Positions 47,596 through 56,590 are shown, numbered from the stretch's first letter. The stretch is 64,000 bases of DNA from an uncultured virus (IMG/VR IMGVR_UViG_3300049216_000090) (IMGVR_UViG_3300049216_000090); one strand, 5' to 3'. Notes: generated by a model not told the origin, from the letters alone. Made by a program: numbers and translations.

Positions 47596-47901
47596 ATGAA
47601 GACGAAGAAGCCGTTCCAGAGCAAGAGCCGGATGCGCAAGGCGTTGGAACTGTTGAACGCCGCCGACGACCAGTTGCACGCCATCCGTGACCACTTCGAC
47701 ATGGAGTGGGGCGAGAACTCCCACAGCGAACTCGACACCAACCTGCTCCACGCCATCGGGAAGATCATCGACGCCAAGCGTGCCGTGGAAGACACCCTGG
47801 CGAAGTACAAGGGCAAGAGCGTCACCCCGCACTTCCCCACGAAGCGGAAGGCGAAGCCCGCCGTGACCGTGGGCCAGTTGCAGAAAGCGCTGGTTTGTTG
47901 A
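47596..47901 (+). CDS. hypothetical protein
   Basis: AAGGG RBS. Confidence 0.7.
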   Translation: MKTKKPFQSKSRMRKALELLNAADDQLHAIRDHFDMEWGENSHSELDTNLLHAIGKIIDAKRAVEDTLAKYKGKSVTPHFPTKRKAKPAVTVGQLQKALVC

Positions 47902-47975
47902 AAGTGACCGTGAACTAGACCGGGTTGGCCCGGTCTACCATGCGAGACGGAAACCGCAACCATAAGGAACCGAAC

Positions 47976-48212
47976 ATGCAGTACGTCACTCTGGTCCCCG
48001 CCTACGGTCGTGATTACAAGTCGGCGAAGGACGTGAAGGCGGCGTGGGCCGAGGGCAAGGACTTCCAGATCAACGACATGAGCCACCCGAACGACGGGAG
48101 CTATGTCAACATCAACGACGACACCACCGGACTCACCTTCAACATCCGGTACAAGAACCTCACCGGCGTGGCGGTCATCAAGGGCGGAAAGCCGAAGACG
48201 GCCACGAAGTAA
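47976..48212 (+). CDS. phage hypothetical protein (PAYGRDYKS motif)
   Basis: After motif A and TAAGGA. Confidence 0.8.
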   Translation: MQYVTLVPAYGRDYKSAKDVKAAWAEGKDFQINDMSHPNDGSYVNINDDTTGLTFNIRYKNLTGVAVIKGGKPKTATK

Positions 48213-48222
48213 CCGGGAAGTC

Positions 48223-48344
48223 GAAGATATAGCTCCGGGGGGGGCGTCCGACCGGGCGACCCACCGCCGACCGGCTCACAGGTGTACGAACGGCAGACAC
48301 CGTTCAATGCCCGGAGCTATATCTTCATGCGAGCTATATCTTCA
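48223..48344. repeat. 17-bp inverted repeat element with an extra GAGCTATATCTTCA copy
   Basis: GAAGATATAGCTCCGGG (48223) and CCCGGAGCTATATCTTC (48310). Confidence 0.75.
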
Positions 48345-48364
48345 AGCACACATAAGGGCAACAC

Positions 48365-48790
48365 ATGGCCGACGAACTCACACCGGGTTTCTACTACCTC
48401 ACCAAACTGGTCACGAACCCCAAGCCCGACCGCCGCAGCAAGCGGTACGATTCGGCGGTCGCCTGGGCGGAAGGCGAGCGGGTTTTTGTGAAGCCGCCCC
48501 GTGACGGGATGGTGGGGCAAGTCGAGTGGCGGGACGGCAGCGTCAGCTACTACGGGCGGGTGGACGCCGATCCCATCTACGGGGCGGCGAACGAGGTCGT
48601 GAAGAACCTTCGCCCGGCAGAGCCGACGGTGGGCCAGTTTGTGAAGAAGGCCAACAGCACGGCGGCGCAACTGCTGGCCTACTTCATCGGCACGAACGAA
48701 ATCAGCTTCAACGACCTGAAGCGGGCCGACGCCGACATGAGCCGGGACGAGTTCGACCTGAACGCCTTCGAGAAGAAACACGAAATCTAA
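48365..48790 (+). CDS. hypothetical protein
   Basis: TAAGGG RBS. Confidence 0.75.
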   Translation: MADELTPGFYYLTKLVTNPKPDRRSKRYDSAVAWAEGERVFVKPPRDGMVGQVEWRDGSVSYYGRVDADPIYGAANEVVKNLRPAEPTVGQFVKKANSTAAQLLAYFIGTNEISFNDLKRADADMSRDEFDLNAFEKKHEI

Positions 48791-48853
48791 CCGTGAACTA
48801 GACCGGGTTGGCCCGGTCTACCATGCGAGACGGAAACCATAAGGAAAAGAATC

Positions 48854-49183
48854 ATGACCATCGACGGCATCGTGAACGGGGTAGACGGGCTGAACACCCA
48901 GGCTGCGGCCCTGGTGGGGGCGATCAAGACGATTCAGGCTGCGGCCCGTGAGTTGGCCCAGGCCGAGCGGGTGCGGGCTTCCGACAACCGGAACCGCAAC
49001 CAGTACATCATCTGGCAGAAGCACCGGCACAGCCAGATCAGCGACTACAGCGAGGTCGCCGGGTTGTTCTACGGCACTTACGAGGAGGCCGATGCCATCC
49101 TGGAGAAGCTGGGGAGCGACTTCTACCGGACGGAACCGACGGTGATGACGGCGGCGAACGTCCACGAGTGGACCGATCAGTGA
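48854..49183 (+). CDS. hypothetical protein
   Basis: After motif A. Confidence 0.75.
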   Translation: MTIDGIVNGVDGLNTQAAALVGAIKTIQAAARELAQAERVRASDNRNRNQYIIWQKHRHSQISDYSEVAGLFYGTYEEADAILEKLGSDFYRTEPTVMTAANVHEWTDQ

Positions 49184-49284
49184 GTGTGAACTAGACCGGG
49201 TTCGCCCGGTCTACCTTGCGAGTAGGGTTCAGAGTCGGGCGGGGGCTTTCGCTCCCGCCCGTGGTCCACATACTGGAGCAGCCG

Positions 49285-49590
49285 ATGTTTCCGCAGCCGA
49301 CCGACCGCCGTGGTGTTCATGGTGCAGCCCGCCCCGCCTTCACGGTACACCGCTTCAAGCGGACGATCACGATCAACGTGAACGAGGAGATGGCGGAAGA
49401 GTTGGGCCGTGTCCTGGACGCCAACGAGAGCCGCCAGGACCGGGTTCCGCCCTTCATGCACGAGTTCTTGACCCAGGTGTACGAGGCGCTGGACCAGCGG
49501 CCCCCGGCCCAAGGCGAGAAGCCCGCCACGCTCGCCCCCGGTCGCCCCCGCCCCGAAGGTCGTGCCCGTCCGGTTGTGAAGGCCGTGTAG
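49285..49590 (+). CDS. hypothetical protein
   Basis: GGAG RBS; after motif A and a hairpin. Confidence 0.65.
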   Translation: MFPQPTDRRGVHGAARPAFTVHRFKRTITINVNEEMAEELGRVLDANESRQDRVPPFMHEFLTQVYEALDQRPPAQGEKPATLAPGRPRPEGRARPVVKAV

Positions 49591-49656
49591 TGAACCGTGA
49601 ACTGGGCGCTGGTGGCCCGGTCTATGCGTGAAGAGTTCACTATATGGAAACGAGTC

Positions 49657-49827
49657 ATGAAAACAACCACCAAGTTCATTATCCTGAAGGTCGAAGTCCT
49701 GCACGAAGACAAGGCCGATGTCGTCGAAGTTTGTGAAGAGATCGTTGTTGTGAACAACGAACACGAGCAGGGCGAAATCGCAAAATCCCAAGTCGTCGGG
49801 GTGCTGGACAAGATGCCGACGTGGTAG
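49657..49827 (+). CDS. small hypothetical protein
   Basis: After degenerate motif A. Confidence 0.6.
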   Translation: MKTTTKFIILKVEVLHEDKADVVEVCEEIVVVNNEHEQGEIAKSQVVGVLDKMPTW

Positions 49828-49946
49828 GGGGAAGCCCTACGGCTGAGGGAGAGTAGACTTTAGACGATTGTACCTACGTTAGTTGGCTACGAGGATGACA
49901 GGTCTGACCGAGGCCGGATGCTGAGGCAGGCCATCCTATTTCTCCC

Positions 49947-49989
49947 ACGACCCCAGCCGGGGCTGAAGACGGCTGGGGTCGTTTCGTTT
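49947..49989 (+). terminator. intrinsic terminator
   Basis: ACGACCCCAGCCG...CGGCTGGGGTCGT-TTCGTTT. Confidence 0.75.
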
Positions 49990-50082
49990 GAACACCTTTC
50001 GGGTACAAATTTTGAAAGTTTCCTTTAGGCATTTGTACCCTACGGGGTGCGACGAGGAAACAAAAAGAAAAGGAAGTGCGAC

Positions 50083-50283
50083 ATGAAGCTGACTGGCACG
50101 CAAATGCTGGGGATCGTGGCCGAGGCTTGCGAGAAGGTGACGAACAACCTCCGCAGCACCGACGAGAACGCCCACACGCTCCGGTGCGTGACGACGGAAA
50201 CGACCTACTTCACCTTCACGAGTACGGTCGTGGTGGACGGGGTGACGGTCGAAGTCCAGGTGAGCCGCCCGGTTCCGAAGTAA
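50083..50283 (+). CDS. hypothetical protein
   Basis: AAGGA RBS after motif B. Confidence 0.7.
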   Translation: MKLTGTQMLGIVAEACEKVTNNLRSTDENAHTLRCVTTETTYFTFTSTVVVDGVTVEVQVSRPVPK

Positions 50284-50376
50284 AAACTTTCTGGAAGACC
50301 GTGAACTAGACCGGGTTGGCCTGGTCTACCTTGCGAGAAGAGTTGAAACCATCATCACCACAGTAGGGAAAACGAG

Positions 50377-50643
50377 ATGAAGACCTCCACGAAGAACGCC
50401 GCCATCGCCGCCGTCCGCATGGGTCGCCCGCCGGTGTACACGGGGCTGACGCTGAAGAACATCCTCCGGGTGGTCGCCCTGCACGGCCTGATGCGGGGCC
50501 AGCGGTTGCTCGCCACGGTCGGCATCCAGCGGAAGGCGGGGCAGCCGAAGGAGAAGGTGAACATCAGCCTGCCGACGCTGGCGAAGTTCGCCGCCGCCGC
50601 CAAGATCAAGCTGAAGCGGGGTCGCCCGGCCATCGAAAGCTAA
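50377..50643 (+). CDS. basic protein with two AT-hook-like GRP motifs
   Basis: RMGRPP and KRGRP; K/R/A-rich. Confidence 0.65.
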   Translation: MKTSTKNAAIAAVRMGRPPVYTGLTLKNILRVVALHGLMRGQRLLATVGIQRKAGQPKEKVNISLPTLAKFAAAAKIKLKRGRPAIES

Positions 50644-50725
50644 AACTTTCTACTAGACCGTGAACTAGCCGCCCGGTTCACGGTCTACCTTGCGAGAACG
50701 AATCACCCCAATAAGGAATGCGAAC

Positions 50726-51241
50726 ATGAAGGCCACCGGAAACGACATCGCCAAGCTGATCGAAGACCGCATGGAATCGGTGACGGTTCCCAACATCATC
50801 GCCGAGTACCTGGGCACGAAGGCCGGGAAGATGCTCACGGTGCGGCACGAGAAGGAACTGAAGGACATCACCGGCGACAGCGAGTTGCGCATCCGCAAGC
50901 AGTACGGCATGACGAACATCGTGTGGGGCGGGTACGACCGCACGGGGGGCAACGGGGGCGGTTCGCTGCTGCTGGCCCACACGGAAACCAGCGTCATCAT
51001 CCCGACCGCCGAAGTGGTCCGGGAGAAGAACCCGGCGTACTTCTCGGCGGCTCTGGCCCGCAACGAGAAGCGGGTGAAGGCTCTGGCCGACCGTGCCACG
51101 CTGGATGAGGTCGCCACGCTCGCCGACACCATCCTGAAGGCACAAGCCCGGTTGAAAGAACTGTTCGCCTACGGCACGCCGTTGGACCCCGACCACTACG
51201 GTATCGAGGAACTTGTCGGTTTGTCGGAAAAGCGCCGGTAA
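50726..51241 (+). CDS. hypothetical protein
   Basis: After motif A variant and TAAGGA. Confidence 0.75.
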   Translation: MKATGNDIAKLIEDRMESVTVPNIIAEYLGTKAGKMLTVRHEKELKDITGDSELRIRKQYGMTNIVWGGYDRTGGNGGGSLLLAHTETSVIIPTAEVVREKNPAYFSAALARNEKRVKALADRATLDEVATLADTILKAQARLKELFAYGTPLDPDHYGIEELVGLSEKRR

Positions 51242-51307
51242 GTCGTGAACTAGACCGGGTTCGCCCGGTCTACCTTGCGAGACGAGAACCCCATACGGAG
51301 AACGAGA

Positions 51308-51775
51308 ATGCACAAGTGCGTTTCCCCCGGCTGTGTCCTCCCCGGCGTCATCAAGCTGGAGGTCGAAGGCCCGCCGGACTGGACGAAGGAACACAAGTGG
51401 TGTTGCGTGGAACACGTCACCACGGAAGAGAAGCGGGCGGAAGAACTCCAGGGCTGGAGCAAGTGGGTCGAAGTCGTCCCGGTCGTGGGGATGGGGGCGA
51501 CGGCGGGGTATGGGAGCGACAGCTACCCGTATACCATCATCGCCGTGAGCGCCAACGGGAAGACCATCACCGTACAGGCCGACGACCACCACCCCGCCCC
51601 CGGCTGTGACCACTTCACGAACCAAGTGTACACCTACACGCCGAACCCGAACGGCTCCACGAAGGTCTACACGCTCCGCAGTAACGGGCGCTGGGTGTTG
51701 AAGGGCGACACCATGAAGGGCGGGCAGGCCATCGGCATCGGGGCACGACGCTACTACCAAGACCCAAGTTTCTGA
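51308..51775 (+). CDS. phage hypothetical protein (VGMGAT...SDSYPYTI...YQDPSF motif)
   Basis: After motif A and GGAG. Confidence 0.75.
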   Translation: MHKCVSPGCVLPGVIKLEVEGPPDWTKEHKWCCVEHVTTEEKRAEELQGWSKWVEVVPVVGMGATAGYGSDSYPYTIIAVSANGKTITVQADDHHPAPGCDHFTNQVYTYTPNPNGSTKVYTLRSNGRWVLKGDTMKGGQAIGIGARRYYQDPSF

Positions 51776-51781
51776 CCGACG

Positions 51782-51813
51782 AACCCAGCCCCGCCCGGCT
51801 GGGTTTTCTTTTT
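51782..51813 (+). terminator. intrinsic terminator
   Basis: AACCCAGCC...GGCTGGGTT-TTCTTTTT. Confidence 0.8.
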
Positions 51814-51993
51814 GGGATACCGACAGGGTACAAATGTTGAAGGTTCGATTTTAGGCGTTTGTACCCTACGGGGGGCAAGGGCCGAGACGAACCGGACGAC
51901 GAAAAGAAAAAAGAAACGAAGTGTGAACTAGGACGGTTCGGCCCGGTCTACCTTGCGAGTCGGAAACCACCACAACCTGTAGGGATCGAAACG

Positions 51994-52242
51994 ATGAACG
52001 TCCTCACCGCCGCCAAGACCGCCATGCTGACCCTGAACGACACGCTCTCCACCATCGCCCGCAAGAACGGCCAGACGGTGAAGGCCGTGACCGTGGACGT
52101 GGAGAAGACCAACCTGGACGCCGGGAAGATCGTCGGCACGGTGACGGTCAACAACCGCAGCCGCCGCCCCTTCACCGTGAACGTGACCGGCTCCGGGGTC
52201 GTGGTCAAGTTCTACGGGGAAGAGGCGAAAATCGCCGCCTAA
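51994..52242 (+). CDS. hypothetical protein
   Basis: After motifs B and A. Confidence 0.7.
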   Translation: MNVLTAAKTAMLTLNDTLSTIARKNGQTVKAVTVDVEKTNLDAGKIVGTVTVNNRSRRPFTVNVTGSGVVVKFYGEEAKIAA

Positions 52243-52327
52243 GTCGGCCTAGACCGTGAACTAGACGGCTAGTTCACGGTCTACCTTGCGAGAACGACAT
52301 ACGGAAACCCCTTCAAGGAACTACGGA

Positions 52328-52588
52328 ATGAAGAAGAAGAACCCGACGCTCGCCAAGACGGTTTCGTGGCTCGTGGTGTCCGGCATCCTCATCACCTGCA
52401 CCGGCTGGTTCGAGTCCGGTAGCTTCATGGTGGGGTTCATGACTGCGGTGTGGGCCAGCATCATCAAAACCCCCATCTACAGCCTGCACGAAGCGCTGTG
52501 GGGGCGGGTGATCTTCAAGGAGAAGCCCGCCCCGACGCCCGACATCAAGCTGTTCGGGACGGTCGAACAACTCGAAAAAGTGTCGTGA
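52328..52588 (+). CDS. DUF2061-like membrane protein
   Basis: TLAKTVSW...KTPIYSLHEALW. Confidence 0.65.
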   Translation: MKKKNPTLAKTVSWLVVSGILITCTGWFESGSFMVGFMTAVWASIIKTPIYSLHEALWGRVIFKEKPAPTPDIKLFGTVEQLEKVS

Positions 52589-52653
52589 AGAGTGTGAACT
52601 AGACCGGGTTCGCCCGGTCTACCTTGCGAGAACGAAACCCACGGGGAAACGCA

Positions 52654-52899
52654 ATGCGAGTCGAACGAATCGTCTTCCTGCAAGGTGAGGAAGCCCGCCC
52701 GGTGTTGGAACTGCTGGACGAACAGGGGCAGGGGGCGGCGGTCGAACACCTGCAACAGTGGTTCAACCCCGGCGAGCATGAGGTTTCCCACTGCCTAGCA
52801 GCGGGAACGCACGACCGGACGTTCCACGACGGCAAGGGGTTCACGCTCACCTGGAACGACGGGTTGGAGTACATCGGGCTGGAATTCGCCCACAAGTAG
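52654..52899 (+). CDS. hypothetical protein
   Basis: After motif A. Confidence 0.75.
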   Translation: MRVERIVFLQGEEARPVLELLDEQGQGAAVEHLQQWFNPGEHEVSHCLAAGTHDRTFHDGKGFTLTWNDGLEYIGLEFAHK

Positions 52900-53054
52900 A
52901 ACACTTGGAGCGTGGCACGGGCTGGGGAGTGGGTAGGACGTTCAGAATGTTCAGGGTTCCTACCCCTGAACGAATTGAATGCCGCTCTCCAGCACCGGCC
53001 CATTGCGAATTAGACAGTTGTACCCTACGGGTCATAACCCTACAGGAGTCTGCG

Positions 53055-53225
53055 ATGCAAGTCGGAACCAACATCAAACTGTTCACCGCCCGCATGTTCG
53101 GGGTCGTGGTCACGGCCCACGTCCTCAAGGTCAGCAAGGACGGGCAGCGGGCGAAGGTGCGTTGCTCCGGGGGCGGGGCGACGTGGGAAGAGAAAATCCA
53201 CATCAACCAACTGGTGACGGAATGA
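53055..53225 (+). CDS. small hypothetical protein
   Basis: AGGAG RBS after motif B half site. Confidence 0.65.
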   Translation: MQVGTNIKLFTARMFGVVVTAHVLKVSKDGQRAKVRCSGGGATWEEKIHINQLVTE

Positions 53226-53488
53226 AACGAGAATACCGCCGCACCAACAAGCGGCTTCGGAACTTGCGAAACATGACCTTCCAGTTCCGGGAGGTCAACC
53301 AAGCGGGCGACGTGTTCCGTGACCACTACCGACACGACAAGGCGCAAATAACGCTCGTGCGGCACACCCACCAGTACGACAACGGCGACGTGTTCGTGAA
53401 CTGGCATTGTGTCGAGTTGGGCGGGGGGAACGCCGGTATCGGCTACTGGTTGAAATTGGCCGAACGCCGCATGAGGCCGGTGAAGTAA
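53222..53488 (+). CDS. hypothetical protein
   Basis: ATGA coupling. Confidence 0.65.
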   Translation: MKREYRRTNKRLRNLRNMTFQFREVNQAGDVFRDHYRHDKAQITLVRHTHQYDNGDVFVNWHCVELGGGNAGIGYWLKLAERRMRPVK

Positions 53489-53490
53489 TC

Positions 53491-53519
53491 AGCCGGGGCT
53501 ATAGCCCCGGTTTTTTCTT
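53491..53519 (+). terminator. terminator (palindrome CCGGGGCTATAGCCCCGG)
   Basis: Same palindrome recurs at 57088; T tract follows. Confidence 0.75.
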
Positions 53520-53573
53520 GGGCTATAGCTTTAAGCAATTGTACCCTAGTGGTCAACAAGGGAGGATCGAACG

Positions 53574-53756
53574 ATGGAAAAGACTGCGAACGAACTGGCT
53601 ACGCTGCTCCGGGAACTCGCCGACGCCTGCGAAGCCGCAGCGAAGGGCGACAAGGCGGCCCGCAAGCTGCTCGCCGACCACACCGACAGCCGGTGGTTCG
53701 GGCTGGTGGTCGGGGCGGGCAAGGTGCAGGAACTCCAGGGCGACGAAGAAAACTGA
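53574..53756 (+). CDS. small hypothetical protein
   Basis: GGAGG RBS after motif B half site. Confidence 0.7.
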   Translation: MEKTANELATLLRELADACEAAAKGDKAARKLLADHTDSRWFGLVVGAGKVQELQGDEEN

Positions 53757-53826
53757 AAGTAACCGTGAACTAGACCGGGCGAACCCGGTCTACCTTCCGA
53801 CAACAACACCCCAACGGGATGCGAAC

Positions 53827-54000
53827 ATGAAGCAGATGAAGACGGTGACGATGAAGACGGAAAAGCCCATGCGGGGCAAGGCCAAGAAGGTCGGCAAGGG
53901 TCACTCGTTCGGCTCGGCGGGGGCGGGGCGCAACACCCTGTTCATCTCCCGCAAGAGTCGGGGCAACGACAAGGTGCGAATCCAACAGGGGGAATTCTAA
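53827..54000 (+). CDS. small basic protein
   Basis: After motif A; K/R/G-rich. Confidence 0.65.
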   Translation: MKQMKTVTMKTEKPMRGKAKKVGKGHSFGSAGAGRNTLFISRKSRGNDKVRIQQGEF

Positions 54001-54491
54001 TGGACCGTGCGTTACTCGAAACACTCTTCGGGGTGTTCGGCATCAAGCGCCCCGTGGTCGGGGTGGACCTGCCCACCGGGGCTATCGTCGTCGGGCCGTT
54101 CACCCTCTCCCGCAACGAAGTGACGGTGAAGGGGTTACGGGGCGACCGGCAAGCGTCGAGCTATACCCTTGACGTGGATACCGGCGGGGGTGACGTTCTC
54201 GACCTGTTCACGGATACCGACTTCCGCAAGGTGGCGGTGCGGATGGTCGGGGAATACGCTCAGTGGCGGGCTACTGTCACGCTGGATATGCTCGCCGATA
54301 CTGCTCAGGCGGAAGCGTGGCAGAAGGATCAAGAGGAGTTGAAGGCGGCACGGGCGGAAGGGAAAGCCTACTGGCTGGCGACAGCGCCAGGGGCACGCAC
54401 GAAGGACGCCAACCCCTACCCCTACGGCATCGCCCACTATCAACAGTGGGGGGCGGGGTACGACGAAGCGGACGCCGAAGCGGTGTTCTGA
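54000..54491 (+). CDS. hypothetical protein
   Basis: TAATG coupling. Confidence 0.7.
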   Translation: MDRALLETLFGVFGIKRPVVGVDLPTGAIVVGPFTLSRNEVTVKGLRGDRQASSYTLDVDTGGGDVLDLFTDTDFRKVAVRMVGEYAQWRATVTLDMLADTAQAEAWQKDQEELKAARAEGKAYWLATAPGARTKDANPYPYGIAHYQQWGAGYDEADAEAVF

Positions 54492-54573
54492 GAAATCTTG
54501 TGAAGGTCGTGAACTAGACCGGGTTCGCCCGGTCTACCTTGCGAGACGGAAACCCAACCTGAAAGGTGATGCG

Positions 54574-55188
54574 ATGAACACGACAACCGCCCCCGGCATC
54601 TTCGGCAGCATCGACACCCGCACCCGTGTCCGCAACGGACGCAACCGGGAGAACCAGATTGCGAAGGCTCTGAAGGAGCAACACGGTCTGCCGCTGGTCG
54701 AACCGACGGAGGCCGAAGACAAGTACCGCAAGATCGACCGCTGGCTCGTCCAGGGCGACAGCCGGACGGCGGTGCAAATCAAGTACCGGGAGAGCGGCGA
54801 CGATTTGCTGGTCGAAGTGTGGGACAAGTGGTTCGGCTGGGGTCACGAGTTCAACAAGCTGGGGCGGGATGTGCAGGGCGACAGCAAGCTGTACGCCGTG
54901 CTTCGCCTGGACCGCACCACGGTGGTGCTGACCAGTGCTGACGTGCTGAAGGCGATTGTGCAGGAGATGGTTGACCACTGCATCGCCGGGGGCTGGACGC
55001 ACGACAACGGCCCGGACTCGAAAACCTTCCACTTCGCCAAAGCGGGCGGGCGGTGTGTCCTGAAGGTTCAGCGTGACCCGCACGACGGGCGGGCGAAGAT
55101 GGTGGCCTACATCCCGGCGAACGTCGTCATCGCCGAGCATCAGGCGAAGACGTACCGGGTGAACCTGCCTGCCAACTGGCAGGAGTGA
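54574..55188 (+). CDS. PD-(D/E)XK superfamily nuclease-like protein
   Basis: E(NQIA)...EDKYRKIDRW...VQIKYR...LVE pattern. Confidence 0.55.
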   Translation: MNTTTAPGIFGSIDTRTRVRNGRNRENQIAKALKEQHGLPLVEPTEAEDKYRKIDRWLVQGDSRTAVQIKYRESGDDLLVEVWDKWFGWGHEFNKLGRDVQGDSKLYAVLRLDRTTVVLTSADVLKAIVQEMVDHCIAGGWTHDNGPDSKTFHFAKAGGRCVLKVQRDPHDGRAKMVAYIPANVVIAEHQAKTYRVNLPANWQE

Positions 55189-55200
55189 GCCGGGCTAGTA

Positions 55201-55243
55201 CGGGGAACATCCGCAGGAGTTAGCTACTCCTGCGGACTCCCCG
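55201..55243 (+). terminator. long hairpin (probable terminator)
   Basis: CGGGGA..TCCGCAGGAGT-TAGCT-ACTCCTGCGGA.TCCCCG. Confidence 0.6.
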
Positions 55244-55306
55244 GAACGCAGGCTTTAGGCGATTGTACCCTAGTGAGTGCCCAACCAACACCATACGGAG
55301 AACGAC

Positions 55307-55906
55307 ATGCGGAACATCATCCTGAGCATCGAACACGACCACGACGCCGAGATGCCGGACAGCGCTTGCGACGGCTGGAAACTGGTGTCCTTCAGCCGCC
55401 GTCACATCAACAGCGGCGACCCGTTCGACTACTTCACCGAAAACCGCAAGGTGTCCGGCAAGTACACCAGCAAGGCACGGGCGGGGCTGTTCTACGTCCT
55501 CAGCTACTACGAACACGGCGGGTGTGAGTGGAGCATGAAGGGCGAAGGGGTGCAATGCCAGTGGGATAGCGTGGGCGTGGCGGGTGTGCTGGTGTGGACC
55601 GGGAAGCCCACCGACTTGCCGAAGGACAAGCGCAACGAGTCGGCCCGCTCCTTCCTGAAGGAATACAACGAGTGGGCGAACGGTAACTGCTACTACTACA
55701 GCCTCACGACGGACGAAGGCGAAGACGTGGGCGGGTGTGGGGGCATCATCGGCAGCGACTACCTTGCCGAAATCATCGGCGAAGACTTGGAACCCGGCGA
55801 CCGTGTGAAGATCGAAGGGGAGATGCACTTTCTGGGGGACTACCTGAAGTTCCCGGCGGGTGTCGAGAAGGTGGACGACTTCGACGACGAAGAAGAGGCC
55901 GCTTGA
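55307..55906 (+). CDS. acidic phage hypothetical protein
   Basis: GGAG RBS after motif B half site. Confidence 0.75.
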   Translation: MRNIILSIEHDHDAEMPDSACDGWKLVSFSRRHINSGDPFDYFTENRKVSGKYTSKARAGLFYVLSYYEHGGCEWSMKGEGVQCQWDSVGVAGVLVWTGKPTDLPKDKRNESARSFLKEYNEWANGNCYYYSLTTDEGEDVGGCGGIIGSDYLAEIIGEDLEPGDRVKIEGEMHFLGDYLKFPAGVEKVDDFDDEEEAA

Positions 55907-55912
55907 ACGACG

Positions 55913-55943
55913 AAGACCCAGGCTGGCCCGGCCTGGGTTTTTC
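55913..55943 (+). terminator. intrinsic terminator
   Basis: ACCCAGGC...GCCTGGGT-TTTTC. Confidence 0.8.
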
Positions 55944-56000
55944 TGTTGGACCACCGTAAGGTACAAATGTTGAAGGTTCGCTTCAGACAATTGTACCCCA

Positions 56001-56315
56001 CTGGACGTTGAGAAGTTACCAACACCCCTGACGGGGTGAACGCCGAGAGTCAAGAGGGAAGCATCGAAAGTGCCCCGCAAGGGGCCGACCCGATCTAAGC
56101 GTTGTGGTTCACTGTACTGGCTAACTCCCCTGAGCGTGTCACCTGGACATTGCGAAGGGAACTGACTGCGGGATGTAGCTAACCCCGCACGTTGCCGAGT
56201 ACGACGCAAACGACGAGTAAGGGCAATGCTGAAGCCTTGAACGGGCGATGTGAGTCACCTGCGGAAGCTAGGTGCGACAAAGGACCGGGGGGACGCCCCT
56301 GGTCCTTTGCTTTTT
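56001..56315 (+). ncRNA. candidate structured non-coding RNA (about 310 nt)
   Basis: Bounded by motif B (55960-56000) and a terminator (56278-56315); several stable hairpins; no RBS/ATG ORF. Confidence 0.6.
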
Positions 56316-56368
56316 GCCCGACACTTCAAACAATTGTACCCTACGGGACTCACCCCGGAGGCATTGCG

Positions 56369-56590
56369 ATGTTCTGGTCCACCATGACGACTTACCCGAC
56401 CGCCGAGTTCGCCCAACTGGTGGCGGGCGCTGCCAACCACGGGCAGGAGAACCCACGGGCGAAGGCCGAGGGCACGGCGGTTCTCGTCTCCCACAAGCGG
56501 AAGACGATGCCGAACTACGAAGCGGAATACTGGCTCGCCCAACTGAAGGGCGTGGAGCGGGCCATCCTGTTCATGCAAAAGAAAAACTAA
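56369..56590 (+). CDS. hypothetical protein
   Basis: GGAGG RBS after motif B half site. Confidence 0.7.
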   Translation: MFWSTMTTYPTAEFAQLVAGAANHGQENPRAKAEGTAVLVSHKRKTMPNYEAEYWLAQLKGVERAILFMQKKN

